Assembly: GCF_018350175.1 (NCBI RefSeq)
Contig: NC_058368.1
Coordinates: forward strand, 11,966,001-12,030,000
DNA: 64,000 nucleotides
Direction: 5' to 3'
Source: Felis catus
Lineage: Eukaryota
Below, piece by piece: positions 13,380 through 25,606 of this stretch (the stretch's first letter is position 1; every line of letters starts with the position of its first letter). A program made the position numbers and the translations under genes. Below the pieces are notes generated by a model. It was given only the letters and a program-made list of their open reading frames with translations, was not told where the DNA came from and ran no database searches.

Positions 13380-14670
13380 AATAGCATATCCCAAACTGAA
13401 CTCCTGGTCTTTCCTCCACATCCACCTCTAAGCCTGCCTCAGCCCCAGATCTCCTCATCTCTGTACCAGTTTTATCCCTCTGGGTATTTAGGCCCCAACC
13501 CTAAAGTTACCTACACCCCTTCCGATCTGCCAGGAACTCCTGTTGACTTAAAATATATCCAGAATTTAACCTCTTCCGTAGCTATTCTGTGGTCCGAGCG
13601 ACAATTACGTCGTAGCCAGGGTGTTAGTGTGCGAGGGCCGCGGTGACAAAGGGGATTAAACGACACAAGTGTACTGTCTCACACTTCTGAAGGCTACGTG
13701 TCCGGCCTCAGCGGGATTGCTTCCTTCCGAAGGCTGTGAGGGAAGAGCGTGTCCTGGGCCTTCCTCTCTGGCTAGTGAGCTGCCATCTTCTCCACGTGTC
13801 CCCGCGCCCTGTCTTGCCTGTGTGTGTGTCTCTGTGCCCAAATTTCCCCTTTATTAAGATGCCGGTTGTATTGGATCGGGGCTCACCCCAATAACCTCGC
13901 CTTAATTTCAGTACCTCCGTAAGGACCCTATATCCAAACACAGTCACATTTGGAAGTACTGGGGATTATGACTTCAACACATTGGGCTGAGGGACACAAC
14001 TCAACACCTAACACCCGGATTCTTGCGGAAGCTCCTTCCCTGGTCTCTCTACTTCTCTTGTCCCCTAGAGTGCATTCTCCACACCGCAGCCAGTTACCGT
14101 TTGTAAATGGAAGTGAGATCATATTTCTCGTTTGCTTAAGATCCTGAACGCATCATCCTTGGAGTAAAAGCCGAAGTCCTCACTGAGCCTAGGTGCACGG
14201 CCCTGTGACCGGCCTCTGTTACATCGCTCTCTGTTCTCACACGCCGCGCTTCCGCCCCAGGGGCTCCCTTGAAGTTCTTGCCATGCCAGACGAGTTTCCG
14301 TATTACACCGGTTTTATGTGGTATTTCCTCTGCCTGGAATATTCTTCTCCCAGATATTGGCATGTGTTGTCCTCCTCTCCTTCAAGTGTTCAAGTGTTTC
14401 TGAGTCAATGAGGCCTTCCCTGAATTCCTTGTATAAAGTTGCATCTCCCACCCCAGCTCTCCTCAAGGTCCTTTCATGCTTTATTTTCCTCCACAGCACT
14501 CGTCACTTTCTGGTATACTCTACAGTCTGATTTTATATTTTGGTTATTGCCTGTCCCCCTCCATTTGAATGTGGCTCGGCGAGGCTTGTTCTCGCCTGCC
14601 TCCCCAAGGTCTAAAACAATTTCTACTTGCCGGCAGTCAATACATATGTATAGTAGGAATAAAGGAATCC
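13380..14670 (+). mobile_element. L2 3' region split by MLT1B
   Basis: L2 motifs CCCAAACTGAACTCCTG, AAAATATATCCAGAAT, TTCCTCTGCCTGGAATATTCTT, ending in a decayed L2 tail near 14640-14665. Confidence 0.75.
13621..14013 (-). mobile_element. MLT1B-like MaLR solo LTR
   Basis: Reverse complement begins TGTTAGGTGTTGAGTTGTGTCCC...TGTTGAAGTCATAATCCCCAGTACTTCCAAATGTGACTGTGTTTGGATATAGGG; probable 5-bp TSD CCAGG/CCCGG. Confidence 0.88.
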
Positions 14671-15063
14671 CCATGTGGTAAGTGCTGAAACTAAAGAGAA
14701 GCTGTGCATTTTTCAAGGTTACGCAGTAACATGGTAGAGCTTGGATTAGAACCCAGGCAGCCTCCTGGTTCAAAGCTCTTTGTACCATAACCAGACCATG
14801 AATATTTTCTTTGTCATAATGACATCAATATATATGCTGGTTAAAGCTTCATTTTCATCTTATAGCCTGTCTTCTGCTCGAGCAAGCTTGTTTCTACCCT
14901 AATAGCCGAGTTAGATCACTGCATTGTCAGTCTAATTGGTCCAAACCCTAACCTGTACAGCAAGTACAGCCAGGCCCCCAAACACAGACTCTCTCAATTG
15001 ACTCTCTGGTTGCATCTGGACCACCGATGATGCCAATATTATTTTATATTAAGATAATTTTGT

Positions 15064-15280
15064 GGGGGCGCCTGGGTGGCTCAGTCGGTTAAGCATCCGA
15101 CTTCAGCCAGGTCACGATCTCGCGGTCCGTGAGTTCGAGCCCCGCGTCGGGCTCTGGGTTGATGGCTCAGAGCCTGGAGCCTGTTTCCGATTCTGTGTCT
15201 CCCTCTCTCTCTGCCCCTCCCCCGTTCATGCTCTGTCTCTCTCTGTCTCAAAAATAAATAAATGTTAAAAAAAAAAAAAA
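15064..15280 (+). mobile_element. Young SINEC_Fc
   Basis: Near-consensus body; TSD AAGATAATTTTGTGG at 15051-15065 and 15281-15295. Confidence 0.97.
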
Positions 15281-15293
15281 AAGATAATTTTGT

Positions 15294-15486
15294 GGTGCCT
15301 GGGTGGTTCAGTTGGTTAAGCGTCCAACTCTTGATTTAGGCTCAGGTCACGATCTCATGGTTCGTGAGATCGAGCCCCGCATGGGGCTCTGTGCTGACAG
15401 CATGGAGACTGCTTGAGATTCTCTCTCTCTTTCTCTCGCTGTCCCTCCCTCTCTCCCTCTCTCAAAAATAACAGGCACTTTTTAAA
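15294..15486 (+). mobile_element. Older Can-SINE directly downstream of the young one
   Basis: GGTGCCTGGGTGGTTCAGTTGG...ACTCTTGATTTAGGCTCAGG; right TSD copy AAGATAATTTT at 15487-15497. Confidence 0.93.
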
Positions 15487-16559
15487 AAGATAATTTTTAT
15501 AAGGTAATATAAAGACATGGTTGGAAAAATCAAATATTACGTCAAGGACTGTGATAAAATATCCCAAACTCTCAGGATAATATATCTCTTGAGTGCCACC
15601 CACCTCCTCTCTCCTGCACTCTCTGAGCTTTGTGTCTTTCTGTGCACAGCTCATTCTGTGACTTTTCCTTCTCTTGGGTGAAATCAGTTTCCTAGCTCTC
15701 ATGTCTTCTTCTTAGATTATTTCCTTATTTTGCCAGAATTCTTCCAGTACATTCTTAAGAAGGGGTTATGGAAAGTAAACTTTGTGAGTACTTGAATGTC
15801 TGAAAATATATTTATCCTACACTCACACTTGATTATCATTTGCCCAGAACGCAGACCCCCTGCTTCTCAATGGAGAAGCATCAACTGTAAGGCAAGTGGT
15901 GGGATATATATTGGTGTGGCTCTGGAAAATTCAATCTGCCCTACTGAGTGAGTTAGCAACAGGTGTAGTTGCATCTTTTAGTTTCTGTCTCGTCCTTCCT
16001 TGCCTGGTCCCTGATCCCTAGCTCCATTTTTCCTGTGAGCTCCTCTCCAGTCTTTGGAAATGTTGAGCTTTCTGACCCCTGACCGTGCGCTCGATCCCAG
16101 GCCAGCGTCAGCTTTCTCCCTCTTGGCTTTCTGTTTTGCACTTCGCTGCTACCCTCAGCCCACGTGTCATTGACACTTTGATTAATTTGTCTGCAGACCT
16201 TATGAAGGGGAAATAGTGCTTGCAATTATAGTAATCTAATCCAAAAGACAAGTACAACAGAGGCCATCAATCCCCGTGTACCTATAAGTTTTCGTATTTC
16301 CCCTTTCCCCTACTCTATAGTTTTTCTGCTGCAAACAAAACAAAACAAAACAAAAAACCCGAAACAAACAAACAAACAAAAACAAACAAAAAAACCCTAA
16401 AGCTAGAGATCTTGGACGCAGAAAACAAATAATTTAAAAGAAAATGGTTTGTATTTGAGGAGTTTCTTTTTTGTTTTGTTTTGTTTTGGCAGAGAATGAT
16501 TTCACATACGGGGCTTCCTTTGCAGATTGACGTGTTCAGAGATGAGTGAATAAGGGGCA

Positions 16560-17520
16560 GAGCTGTTTACAGCTCAGGGATGTGAAGCCACAACCAGTAG
16601 AAGACCGAAAGAAAGACCACCCAAGCATGGTATTCTCGCGAGTGGGAACGTGTGGCTTGAACACTGGTTAGAAAAGATATGAGAGATCGTACATATAAGG
16701 GAAGACACGCACACAAATAGTGTGGGGCTTGCTGGGCCTCCCAGAGCTGGTGTGCGGCTTGGAGGCCCAAGGCCGAGGGAGGGAGGCTGCCCCCAGCAAT
16801 GCCTGGGAAGCGACGCCTCCCCTCTGTGGGCCTGGCTGCTCCACAGCACAGAATCCTGGGCGCCAGGTGTGGAGTCTGGGTAAGGGAATGACTTGGGGTC
16901 ATTTAAAAGAGATCATGTCTACAAAGTGGCCTGCCAGAGTCAGGATTGCTCAGCATGAAGAGTTTGGGGGTTTCCAAGGGCCAATGAGGAGGGGAGTCCA
17001 GTGTGACTGGATGAAGGAGAGGTGCCCTGAAGCAGGGAAGCTCAGAAGGGGAGACTGACAAACCCACTCGAGTTCCCACGAAGGAAAGAATCTGCTAGAA
17101 GCATCTGCCAAGCCTGGAGACCTTGCCAGCTGCATGTCCCAAGAGCCTTCTTTCCCTGGTCTCTGTGTGCTCCTAACCCTCCAGGAGTCACCACGGAGCC
17201 GTCAGAAACAGTCCCCAGGCGGCGGAGGCAGTGGGAAGGAAAGAAGAAACTGAGCTCAAGGCCGCCTCAAATCAGGGCCCACACCTGTGGGAGAGGGTGG
17301 GCGGTGATTGAAGTGTTAACTGATACATTGGGGTTGAGATGTGAGATGTATGGCTTACAGGACTTTGTCTCTTTAACAGTGTCAAAAGGCCATGGGCTTG
17401 CTCTCATGTTCATCTAAAACCAAGGGCAGTACTCTCCCCACTGTCTAAGTCAAAAAGTAGAGTGGGGGACAAAACAGTAATACAAAGTTGCATTTGGAAT
17501 GCATCTCACTAACGCCAGAT
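16560..17520 (+). mobile_element. Possible ancient LTR (MamGyp/LTR85-like)
   Basis: 3' end CCCCACTGTCTAAGTCAAAAAGTAGAGTGGGGGACAAAACAGTAATACAAAGTTGC resembles recalled ancient Gypsy-type LTR ends; family and left boundary uncertain. Confidence 0.35.
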
Positions 17521-17958
17521 CAATGAACTGGTAGTAAGTAAGGGCTTGGGGAGGATTATTCTACGCCTAAACCTGGAGTACTTGACTTTTCCCTCCACCA
17601 TGATTCTTAGTAGAGATATAAGTGGAAAAGAAGCAGAGAAGGGGCCAATCCAACGGTCCGAGTAGTGGCGGGCTGGCCAGACAGGGAGAGGGATGCAGCG
17701 ACGGCAGAGTCCCAGGTGTGTGGGTTACAAAGAAAAGGTTCACTCGTGTTTGTGGGAAAGTTTATGATGCATACACTGTTATTATAAAATTAATTTATTT
17801 TTAATTTGATAGACTTTAAATAGCTTATATTCTAGTTAGAAACCAATAGAAAATAATAAAACATTCAAAACAGCCTAAATAGAATAAGGAGCAAAACTGA
17901 GTAAATCAGAGTTTATTCATGATAGAATAATACGCAGTCATTAAAAATCATGTTTTCA

Positions 17959-18121
17959 GGGCACGTGGGTGGCTCAGTCGGTTAAGCGTCCGACTTCAGC
18001 TCAGGTCATGATCTCACGGTTTGTGAGTTCGAGCCCCGTGTCAGGCTCTGTGCAGACAGCTCAGAACCTGGAGCCTGCTTCAGATTCTGTGTCTCCTTCT
18101 CTCTCTGTCCCTCCCCCACTT

Positions 18122-18158
<37 letters not shown>

Positions 18159-18186
18159 AATGAATAAACATGTAAAAATTTTTTCT
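17959..18186 (+). mobile_element. Can-SINE (SINEC_Fc type) inside an old L1 3' fragment
   Basis: TSD AAATCATGTTTTCA at 17945-17958 and 18187-18200; (CT)n tract and A-rich tail. Confidence 0.96.
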
Positions 18187-18449
18187 AAATCATGTTTTCA
18201 AAGAATATTTGATAACATGAAAAAAGTCCCTGATACATTATGTTGAAACACTTAAAATTCTTGTTTCTATACAAAAAATGGTTTGATGTTAGTAGTTTCA
18301 TATAGTTTAATCTAGAAACAAATGGAAAAAAAATTGTAGAATACAAATTTTTTTGTATTGTAGAATTGTATTGTAGAATACAAAATTTTTTGTATTGTAA
18401 ATTTTTGTTTACACAGGATGATCCCAATTTAGGGGAAGAGAAGCTAAAT

Positions 18450-18620
18450 AGAAATACTTATTGAGAGGCTTCTAGGTGATTAGTATTTTATTGTCTCTTA
18501 GAATCCTCCCAGAAACCCTTTGAAATAGCTATTGTTATTGTCTCTATTTAATAGGCTCAGGGATTCTGGGTAACAAACATGATAGGTTTATAGCCTGGTT
18601 CTGACAACCCCTGGCATTGG
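18450..18620 (-). mobile_element. MIR fragment
   Basis: AATACTTATTGAG...AATCCTCCCAGAAACCCTTTGAAATAGCTATTGTTATTGTCTCTATTT. Confidence 0.6.
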
Positions 18621-19099
18621 TGCCCTGGGACATGGGGGTCCTGGCCACAGAAGAAAGTGAACTGACACCCTTGGCTCTAGCCTTCACTCCTTACCCCCAA
18701 GGCTCTCTGGGAGGGATCCCTTTTGGGGTGGTGACCAAGGACATGCTCCTCACCTTCAGAGCCCAATCCCTGGGTGGCTCAAACTTTGGGACATTGCCAA
18801 GTTCCATCGTGGCCCCCCTGACTTCCCCTCTTCCCTCTGTCCAACTGGCTTGCACAGCAGAGTGGAAAGCAGTGTCCCCTTCCTGACCAGCCAGGGGTGA
18901 GCACAAGAATGCAGGCTTCATGGTCTCCATGCATCCTGAGAGGGTGCCTTTTGCTGTCACTTAGCACCAGTAGCATGAAATGCTGTATTCTCTCATGGAG
19001 CCCTAAACAAAACCCCAGGGCACATGCATTTAACAATCCATTATCTTGTAAGGGCCACACAGAAAATGGCAAGACTGGATCTAAATTCAGCTTGCCTGT

Positions 19100-20880
19100 C
19101 TCCCTAATCAAAACCACAAGGAGCTGCCAGTTCACACCCAGTAGGTAGGCCGTAATCATAAAGACAGACAGTAATAAGTGTTGATGAAGATGCGGAAAAA
19201 TCGGATCCTCATACACTGCTGGTGGGAATGTAAAATGGTACAGCCACGTTGAAGACCGTCTGGCAGTTTCGCACTTTAACTACTTGTCTATGTTTAACCG
19301 TAGACTTACCATATAATCCAGTGATTCCGACTTTTAGGTATGTACTCAAAGGAAATAAAAACATGTCCACACAAACACTTCTGTGTGAATCATCACAGCA
19401 GCATTATTCATAATATACAAAAAAGCAGAAACAAGCTAAATGTCCATTAACTGATGAATAGATAAATAAAATGTGCTATATCCATACAAGGGAATATTAA
19501 TTGGCAAATAAAAAAGTACTAGTACGTGCTATAACACGGACGAATCTTGAAAGTGATTATGTTATTAAAAAAAGACAGTCACAAAGGAACCACATATAAT
19601 ACGATTCCACTTATAGGAGATGTCCAGGACAGGCAAATTCATAGAGACATTTACAAGATATGTAAGAAATATGCTATATTAATGGGCAGAAAGAATCAAC
19701 ATAATAAAAATGTCAGTTGTCACCAAATTCAAGATAATTATAATCCTAATCTAATTTTTTTTTTCCCAGGGAACTTGACAAATCAATTCTAAGACTTAAG
19801 CGAAAGAACAAAGATACTCTGGAAGAAGATAAGAAGGGAAAATTTGTTCTAGATAGCAAGACTTACAAAGCAATGATAATATAAACTCCTGATGCTCAGG
19901 GCTTAAAACCTTTTAGAAAACAATGTAGGATGATATCTTTATGACCTTGAGATAGATAAGTGGTTCTTAACTAAGACAAGGTATGCTCTAACTGCAAAGG
20001 AAAAGATTGTTTGACTACATTAATGTGAAGAACTTCTGTTCATTAAAGGTCAACATGAAGAAAGTGAGGAGTGAAGCCAGAGTCTGGGATACGGTAACTG
20101 CACACATATGACTGGCAAAAGGTTCGCAATCTGGACTACAGAAAGAACTCCTGCTTATCAGTAAGAAAAAGACAACCCAACAGAAGTATGGGCAAAAACT
20201 TGAACAGACCTTTCACACAAGAGGAAACAGATGGTGAATAAACATGCTTGACTCCTCAAGGCAATGCAAATTAGGACCTCAACTAGAAACCATTTTACAT
20301 CCACTAGATTGGAAACCTTAAGAACTTTGCTAATGCCGAGTTTTGGAAAGAAAGTGGATCAAAGATATTTGCATATTGCCATTGAGAATGCAAATGAAAT
20401 GTTTTGTATATCCTATGACAGAGCAATTCCACCAATATATACCCTGGAGAAATTCTTGAATGTGACATCATGAAATGTAATAAAGTGTTCGATACAGTCA
20501 TGCTCACAAAACAATGAAAATGAATGAGCATGGATGAATCTTAGTACTAGAAAGTTCAGTGAGAAAAGCTGGTCTCAGAAGACTACATAGTGATGAGACA
20601 TTTTTATGAAACTCAACAAGCAAAACTAAGCCCGATATTGTTAGTGATACAGTATAAAACTATATATGTGTATGTAAAAAAAAAAAAAAGCGAGGAAATG
20701 ATAAATCTGACATTTGAGAAAGGGGTTATACCTGCTGAGGGCACAAGGTTGGGATAGGAAAGGAACACAGATAGGATCGTGTTTCTGTTCTATTTCGTAC
20801 GTGGGATGGTTTAATGATGGGCACTTCATTTATTATTATGCTGTGTAACACATTATAGTCTTGTTTGTGTATTAAGTGCA
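19100..20880 (+). mobile_element. Old L1 fragments (L1MB-type 3' end ~19100-19650, then a second decayed ORF2/3' end)
   Basis: CTCATACACTGCTGGTGGGAATGTAAAATGGTACAGCCAC, AAATGTCCATTAACTGATGAATAGATAAATAAAATGTG, and AATGCAAATTAGGACC (MQIKTT-like). Confidence 0.85.
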
Positions 20881-21533
20881 TTAAAATTAGACACAGAGAA
20901 GAAAGCCATGGCCAAAGCACGTCGGAATTCCGGGCTCAGACGTAGCTGTGTATATCCATCCATCGGCTTTCTGCGTGCGTGTTGCGAGGGGCAGCGTACA
21001 AGAGCCCAGCACCCCCGCCAGAGCCCTGGTTTCCAGAGAAGGGAGGCATGCCGAGTAGGGCTTGTAGTTTCTCTCACTCGACTGGCTCTTGGCCCAAGTC
21101 TGTGTGCTAACGTCTGTGTTTCCTCCCGAGAGGACACAGCGAAAGCTCTGTTACCCAAACTCTACAAGTCACCAGTAGAAAGACTGCTGTGGTTTGGAAC
21201 ACCTGTAACTGAATATCACCGAAGAAAGGAAGGGAGCCATTCCGCCTTGCTTGCAGGGGTCTGAGTGCACTGTGAGGGCTCCGAGGAGGAGGAGAGGGAC
21301 AGGACAGGAGAGGACAGGAGGGCACAGGGCCTGGGAGGTGGCCCTTGCGCCTCTCGCAAGAGGTAGTGCTCATTGGACACATCAGGTGCCAGTGGAACTT
21401 GCCGGGTGGAGGCTCGGTGCCCAGGGAACACTGCCAGCGAGTAGGCTGTGTGTCCACAAGGACAAGTAGGAGACCCTTGGAAATGCCTGTATCCACAGCT
21501 CGGAGGATATTTTTATTGAAGAGAATGGGATTT

Positions 21534-21754
21534 GCGGAGCGCCTGGGTGCCTCAGTTGGTTATGTGTCCAATTCTTGATTTCAGCTCAGGTCATGATCTC
21601 GAGTTGGTGAGATGGAGTCCCGCATCAGGCTCCTTCCTGGGTGTGAGCCTGCTTCGGATTCCGTCTCCCTCTGCCCCTCTCTGGCTCATGAGATTGTGCA
21701 CTCGCTCTCTCTCTCTCTCTCTCAAAACAAAACAAACAACAACAACAAAACAAG
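21534..21754 (+). mobile_element. Older Can-SINE
   Basis: TSD AGAGAATGGGATTT at 21520-21533 and 21755-21768; tail decayed to (CAA)n. Confidence 0.93.
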
Positions 21755-23226
21755 AGAGAATGGGATTTATAAAATATTTTTTTTTGGTTGTTTATTGGGA
21801 CATGGTATCAGCATTAGTCATATCTCTCTGTCTCCCTCCCTCTCTGTCTCCCTTTGTCTCTGCTTCCCTCCCTTCCAATCTCCCCAGATCCTGATAGCAA
21901 TATTGTGCTACAGCTCAGAGCACAGATACCTACTTGTTATTATTTGCTCTTCTAGGGGCCCCTAGATATTTCCCCAGAAATAAAGGGTAACGTTTCCCAG
22001 GAAAAGTGCAAATGTCCATGGCCTTCGTTTGAACATGACTTCTGTCCCCTGTGGCTCCCTCAGTCCCCCTCAGTCTGTGGGGCATGATTCACTTCTGTGT
22101 GGTATGCTCTTTAGTTTCCAGAGCTGTGATACGAATAAGATGACGTTAGGGTTTTAATTGTGCCCCTTCTCTGGCATTGTGCTTCTTAACTCCCAGCCTT
22201 CTAAATAAATCTCTTTAGAATCTTTACATAATTATCAATGTTTTATGTGTAAATGCCAAGGTTGACAAACTGCTCTGAGAAATTTAATTAAAAACCGAGT
22301 AGGCTTATTTGGAAATTGAGAAGTGGCATTTTATTTCCTCCTAAATATATTTACACATAAAGAGAATATAATATGATGCTGCAACTCAAGAGATACGAGC
22401 ACAGATTAAATGATTCTTACGACAAAAGCTTAAGTGTGTCGTTCCAATCCAATCTCCTTCAACAATGCAAATCGCTGCATAGCTAATGGTTGTGCAGCCC
22501 TAACAGCAGTCACTTGTGTCAAGTGAAAGTCTAAATATGAAACTTTTAAAACCTTTCTTAGAAATTGTTGCTGTTGGGTTATCCTATAATGTAAGGGTTC
22601 ACTACGGTCTCCAACAGGCAACATGGCTTTTTGGTTAATTTTTCTTCAATAGACTGGAAATGAGAGTGCCAGATCAACTCATTAAAACACTGAAATGACA
22701 GTCTCACTGTTCAGATACCACAGGGTGTATAAACCTTGCATTTTGTAACGTCAGATTTTTACACTGGAAGTCTGTAGACATCCTTAGATTTTTAGCAGAA
22801 GGCTACCACTCCATTAATTACATGAGCTCTGTTGGGCTACGTAGAATATGATTAGGTTTTGTCGACATTATATGAACACTGATTGCTGTCTAATCTCTGT
22901 GGATCTACAGAACTAATGCTCTGATCATAAATAATACATGTGGGGTAAGAATTCTGATGTTAATAAGCATAATTTGCTGTGAATATTTCTAATATTGAAA
23001 CATTTTGAACTTCCTACATTCTGTTTTGATGACCTTGGCACTATGAGAGTATAGTAAGGAGAATATATTTTGTTATATCTTCTGTTAGGTTTAGCTTTTT
23101 TGAGTGGTTATTTAACAGGGTTTAGGTTTTTGTTTTTGTTTTTGTTTTGAGTGGTTATTTGATGGGGTTTATTCTTTGCTCCACCACAGGTTGGAAGTGG
23201 AATGTTACCATCCTAGAATATAAAAT

Positions 23227-23430
23227 CCGGGGCCCCTGGATGGCTCAGTCAGATAAGCGTCTGACTTCAGCTCAGGTCATGGTCTCACGGCTGGTGAGTT
23301 TGAGCCCCACAGAGGGCTCTGCACTGACAGCATGGAGCCTGCTTTGGATCCTGTCTCCCTCTCTCTCTGCCCCTCCCCATCTTGTGCTCTTTCTCTCTCA
23401 AAAATAAATAAACATTAAAAAAAAAGAATT
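23227..23430 (+). mobile_element. Can-SINE
   Basis: TSD TAGAATATAAAAT at 23214-23226 and 23431-23443. Confidence 0.95.
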
Positions 23431-24384
23431 TAGAATATAAAATTGAAATTCAAAATAATATTGACAAGATGAATTGTTGGCAGGGTAAGTACAACTATGT
23501 TTACTGGGAAGAAGAGCATATTTCAGGTGCGTGAGATCTAGGTTCTAGTGTTGGCTTGCGATACTGAAAAAGTTACTAGACCTTTCTCAGTTCTCAGTTT
23601 GTTTGAGAAATGGTTGATTAGACCTAATAGTCTGTAATGTATCTCTCTGTAGGAAACAGCATTTCTCCAAAATAAAAATGAGAAAGGGTTTGTTATACAC
23701 AAATATAGAAGAATTTCTGTTCCTACTAGTACATGAAGTGACCACGTCCTATAAAACAAGATTGTGTGTTGAGACATAAGCCCTAGGGCAGCCCTCTTAA
23801 TGAGATGCCCACTCTTGCCCTACATCACTCACTGCTCTCGAATCTAATGGATGAAAAGCGATGTTTGTGAATGTCTCCGTGCATTGCTATAACTTGTAGC
23901 GTTCACATTCTTTGCCATTGGGTACCCAACGTGCAGCCAGCCATCTTGAAGACTACAACTATTTTTATACCATGCAGGAATCTTAGGCTTTGGACTTTAC
24001 TCTGGTGGGTTACAGAGATGCAGTTTCACATCACACATGACCTTGGCATAGGTTAAAGCACGATATGTTTCTGAAGATGCCTCTCTGTCTCATGACTTTT
24101 CTCATCGGAAGAATTTTCCCTCCAACCGCAACTCTCGGAATCATTTGTACATTCACCTCAACTCTGCGACTTGGGGATGTCGGGATCTTCTCTATCTAGA
24201 TCCGGCTCTTGCCCCCCACGATGCCAATTATGTGCCCTGCAACATTCCTTGTGTTTATACACATATCTCCTATCGTAAAATCTCCACAAGCAAGTATATC
24301 GTCCAGGACACTTTATGTTGTTGGTACTGTTTACCTGGTGTGACTTCTCTAAGCACCAGTAATAGGAGAGTTAATTGGGGTCTT

Positions 24385-24780
24385 TAATCATAAGTCTGGT
24401 TTGGGGTGCAAGAAAAAGAAAATATTCAATTCAATGAACTTAAAAAAGAAAATGTATCACGTGAATTAAGAAGTTTGGCTCACGAACCCAAGTCAGGGTA
24501 AAGGATGGACTCGGGTTTACGTTGCTCGGCTTCCTGGCTTCTCCTGATGGTTGCAGAATGGTTGCAACAGTTCGGTCATCACATCTAGTTGTGGTTACAT
24601 CAGCAGCAGAAGAAGCATTTTCTGTGTGTCTCTTGTCATTAGTGAAGGTATCTTTTCCATATTGCCTCCCCTCCCTGGCTCAGAGTTCAATACCTGTGCC
24701 TTAACCCGTTACTTGGCTGGAGGAATAAAACTATCACGACCCTTAATTGATATCTTGTTTCACCTGCCCAGTTTATTTAT
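24385..24780. mobile_element. Possible ancient MLT1 (MaLR) LTR fragment
   Basis: GGTGCAAGAAAAAGAAAA...AATGAACTTAAAAAAGAAAATGTAT and GTTGCAGAATGGTTGCAACAG resemble old MLT1 LTRs. Confidence 0.45.
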
Positions 24781-25372
24781 ATAGACATAACAAGAAATGT
24801 GGAATAATGCATACAACTTTCTTTTCATAGGTAACAAAGCCAGAACCACATAATATTAAAGCTTTAGAATTAACTTCTGTCTGGAGGCTTTGTAAAGCCT
24901 CTGGAATTATAAATTATTTTTATGAGAGAGGATTTTTACCATTGCTATCAGCATTATTTTCCCTAAGATTAATTCTTTACTATCTGTGAGGCTAGAAACA
25001 GGCTAGCCTTTTTCTAGGAAGGCTTTGTAGATGTTATTTCTGTGTGTAAAATGTATTCCTCATTCCCAAATGGTGGGCTTATCACATCGAATTGAATGGA
25101 ATTTTTGGCCTGGGCAGTATCCAGTTATATTCTGGTAATAAAAGGCCATAGTCATGAGGAGTAATTTCTTCTAGAGGTGGATAAACTATATCAATTTGTT
25201 TGGTTAAATTAAAAAAAAAATTATAACAAATTTGGTTACAAAAAATAAGGAACTTAGTAAAGTTACTTTCCATATTATTTAATCTTTGTTACATTGTTTT
25301 GTAGACAGGGCCAATCAATACATGTCCATATAATCCAATTGTTATTTTAAAATTGTTTTGACATAGTAGCTT

Positions 25373-25606
25373 ATTTTAATTTTTTTTTCTAAATTTTTTA
25401 ACGTTTTTATTCAGTTTTTGAGAGACAGAGAGAGACTGTGAGAGGGGCAGGGGCAGAGAGAGAGAGACGGAGGCACAGAATCCGAAGCAGGCTCCAGGCT
25501 CTGAGCTGCCAGCACAGAGCTCGACGCTGGGCTTGAACCCACGAACCGTGAGCTCATGACCTGAGCTGAAGTCTGCCGCTTAACTCACTGAGCCACCCAG
25601 GCACCC
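25373..25606 (-). mobile_element. Can-SINE (SINEC_Fc type)
   Basis: TSD TGACATAGTAGCTT at 25359-25372 and 25607-25620. Confidence 0.96.

Noticed and set aside
15062..15268. Recurring ORFs such as GAPGWLSRLSVRLQPGHDLAVREFEPRV (also at 50303, 51989, 32184)
   Set aside because: Translations of SINEC_Fc copies, not a gene family.
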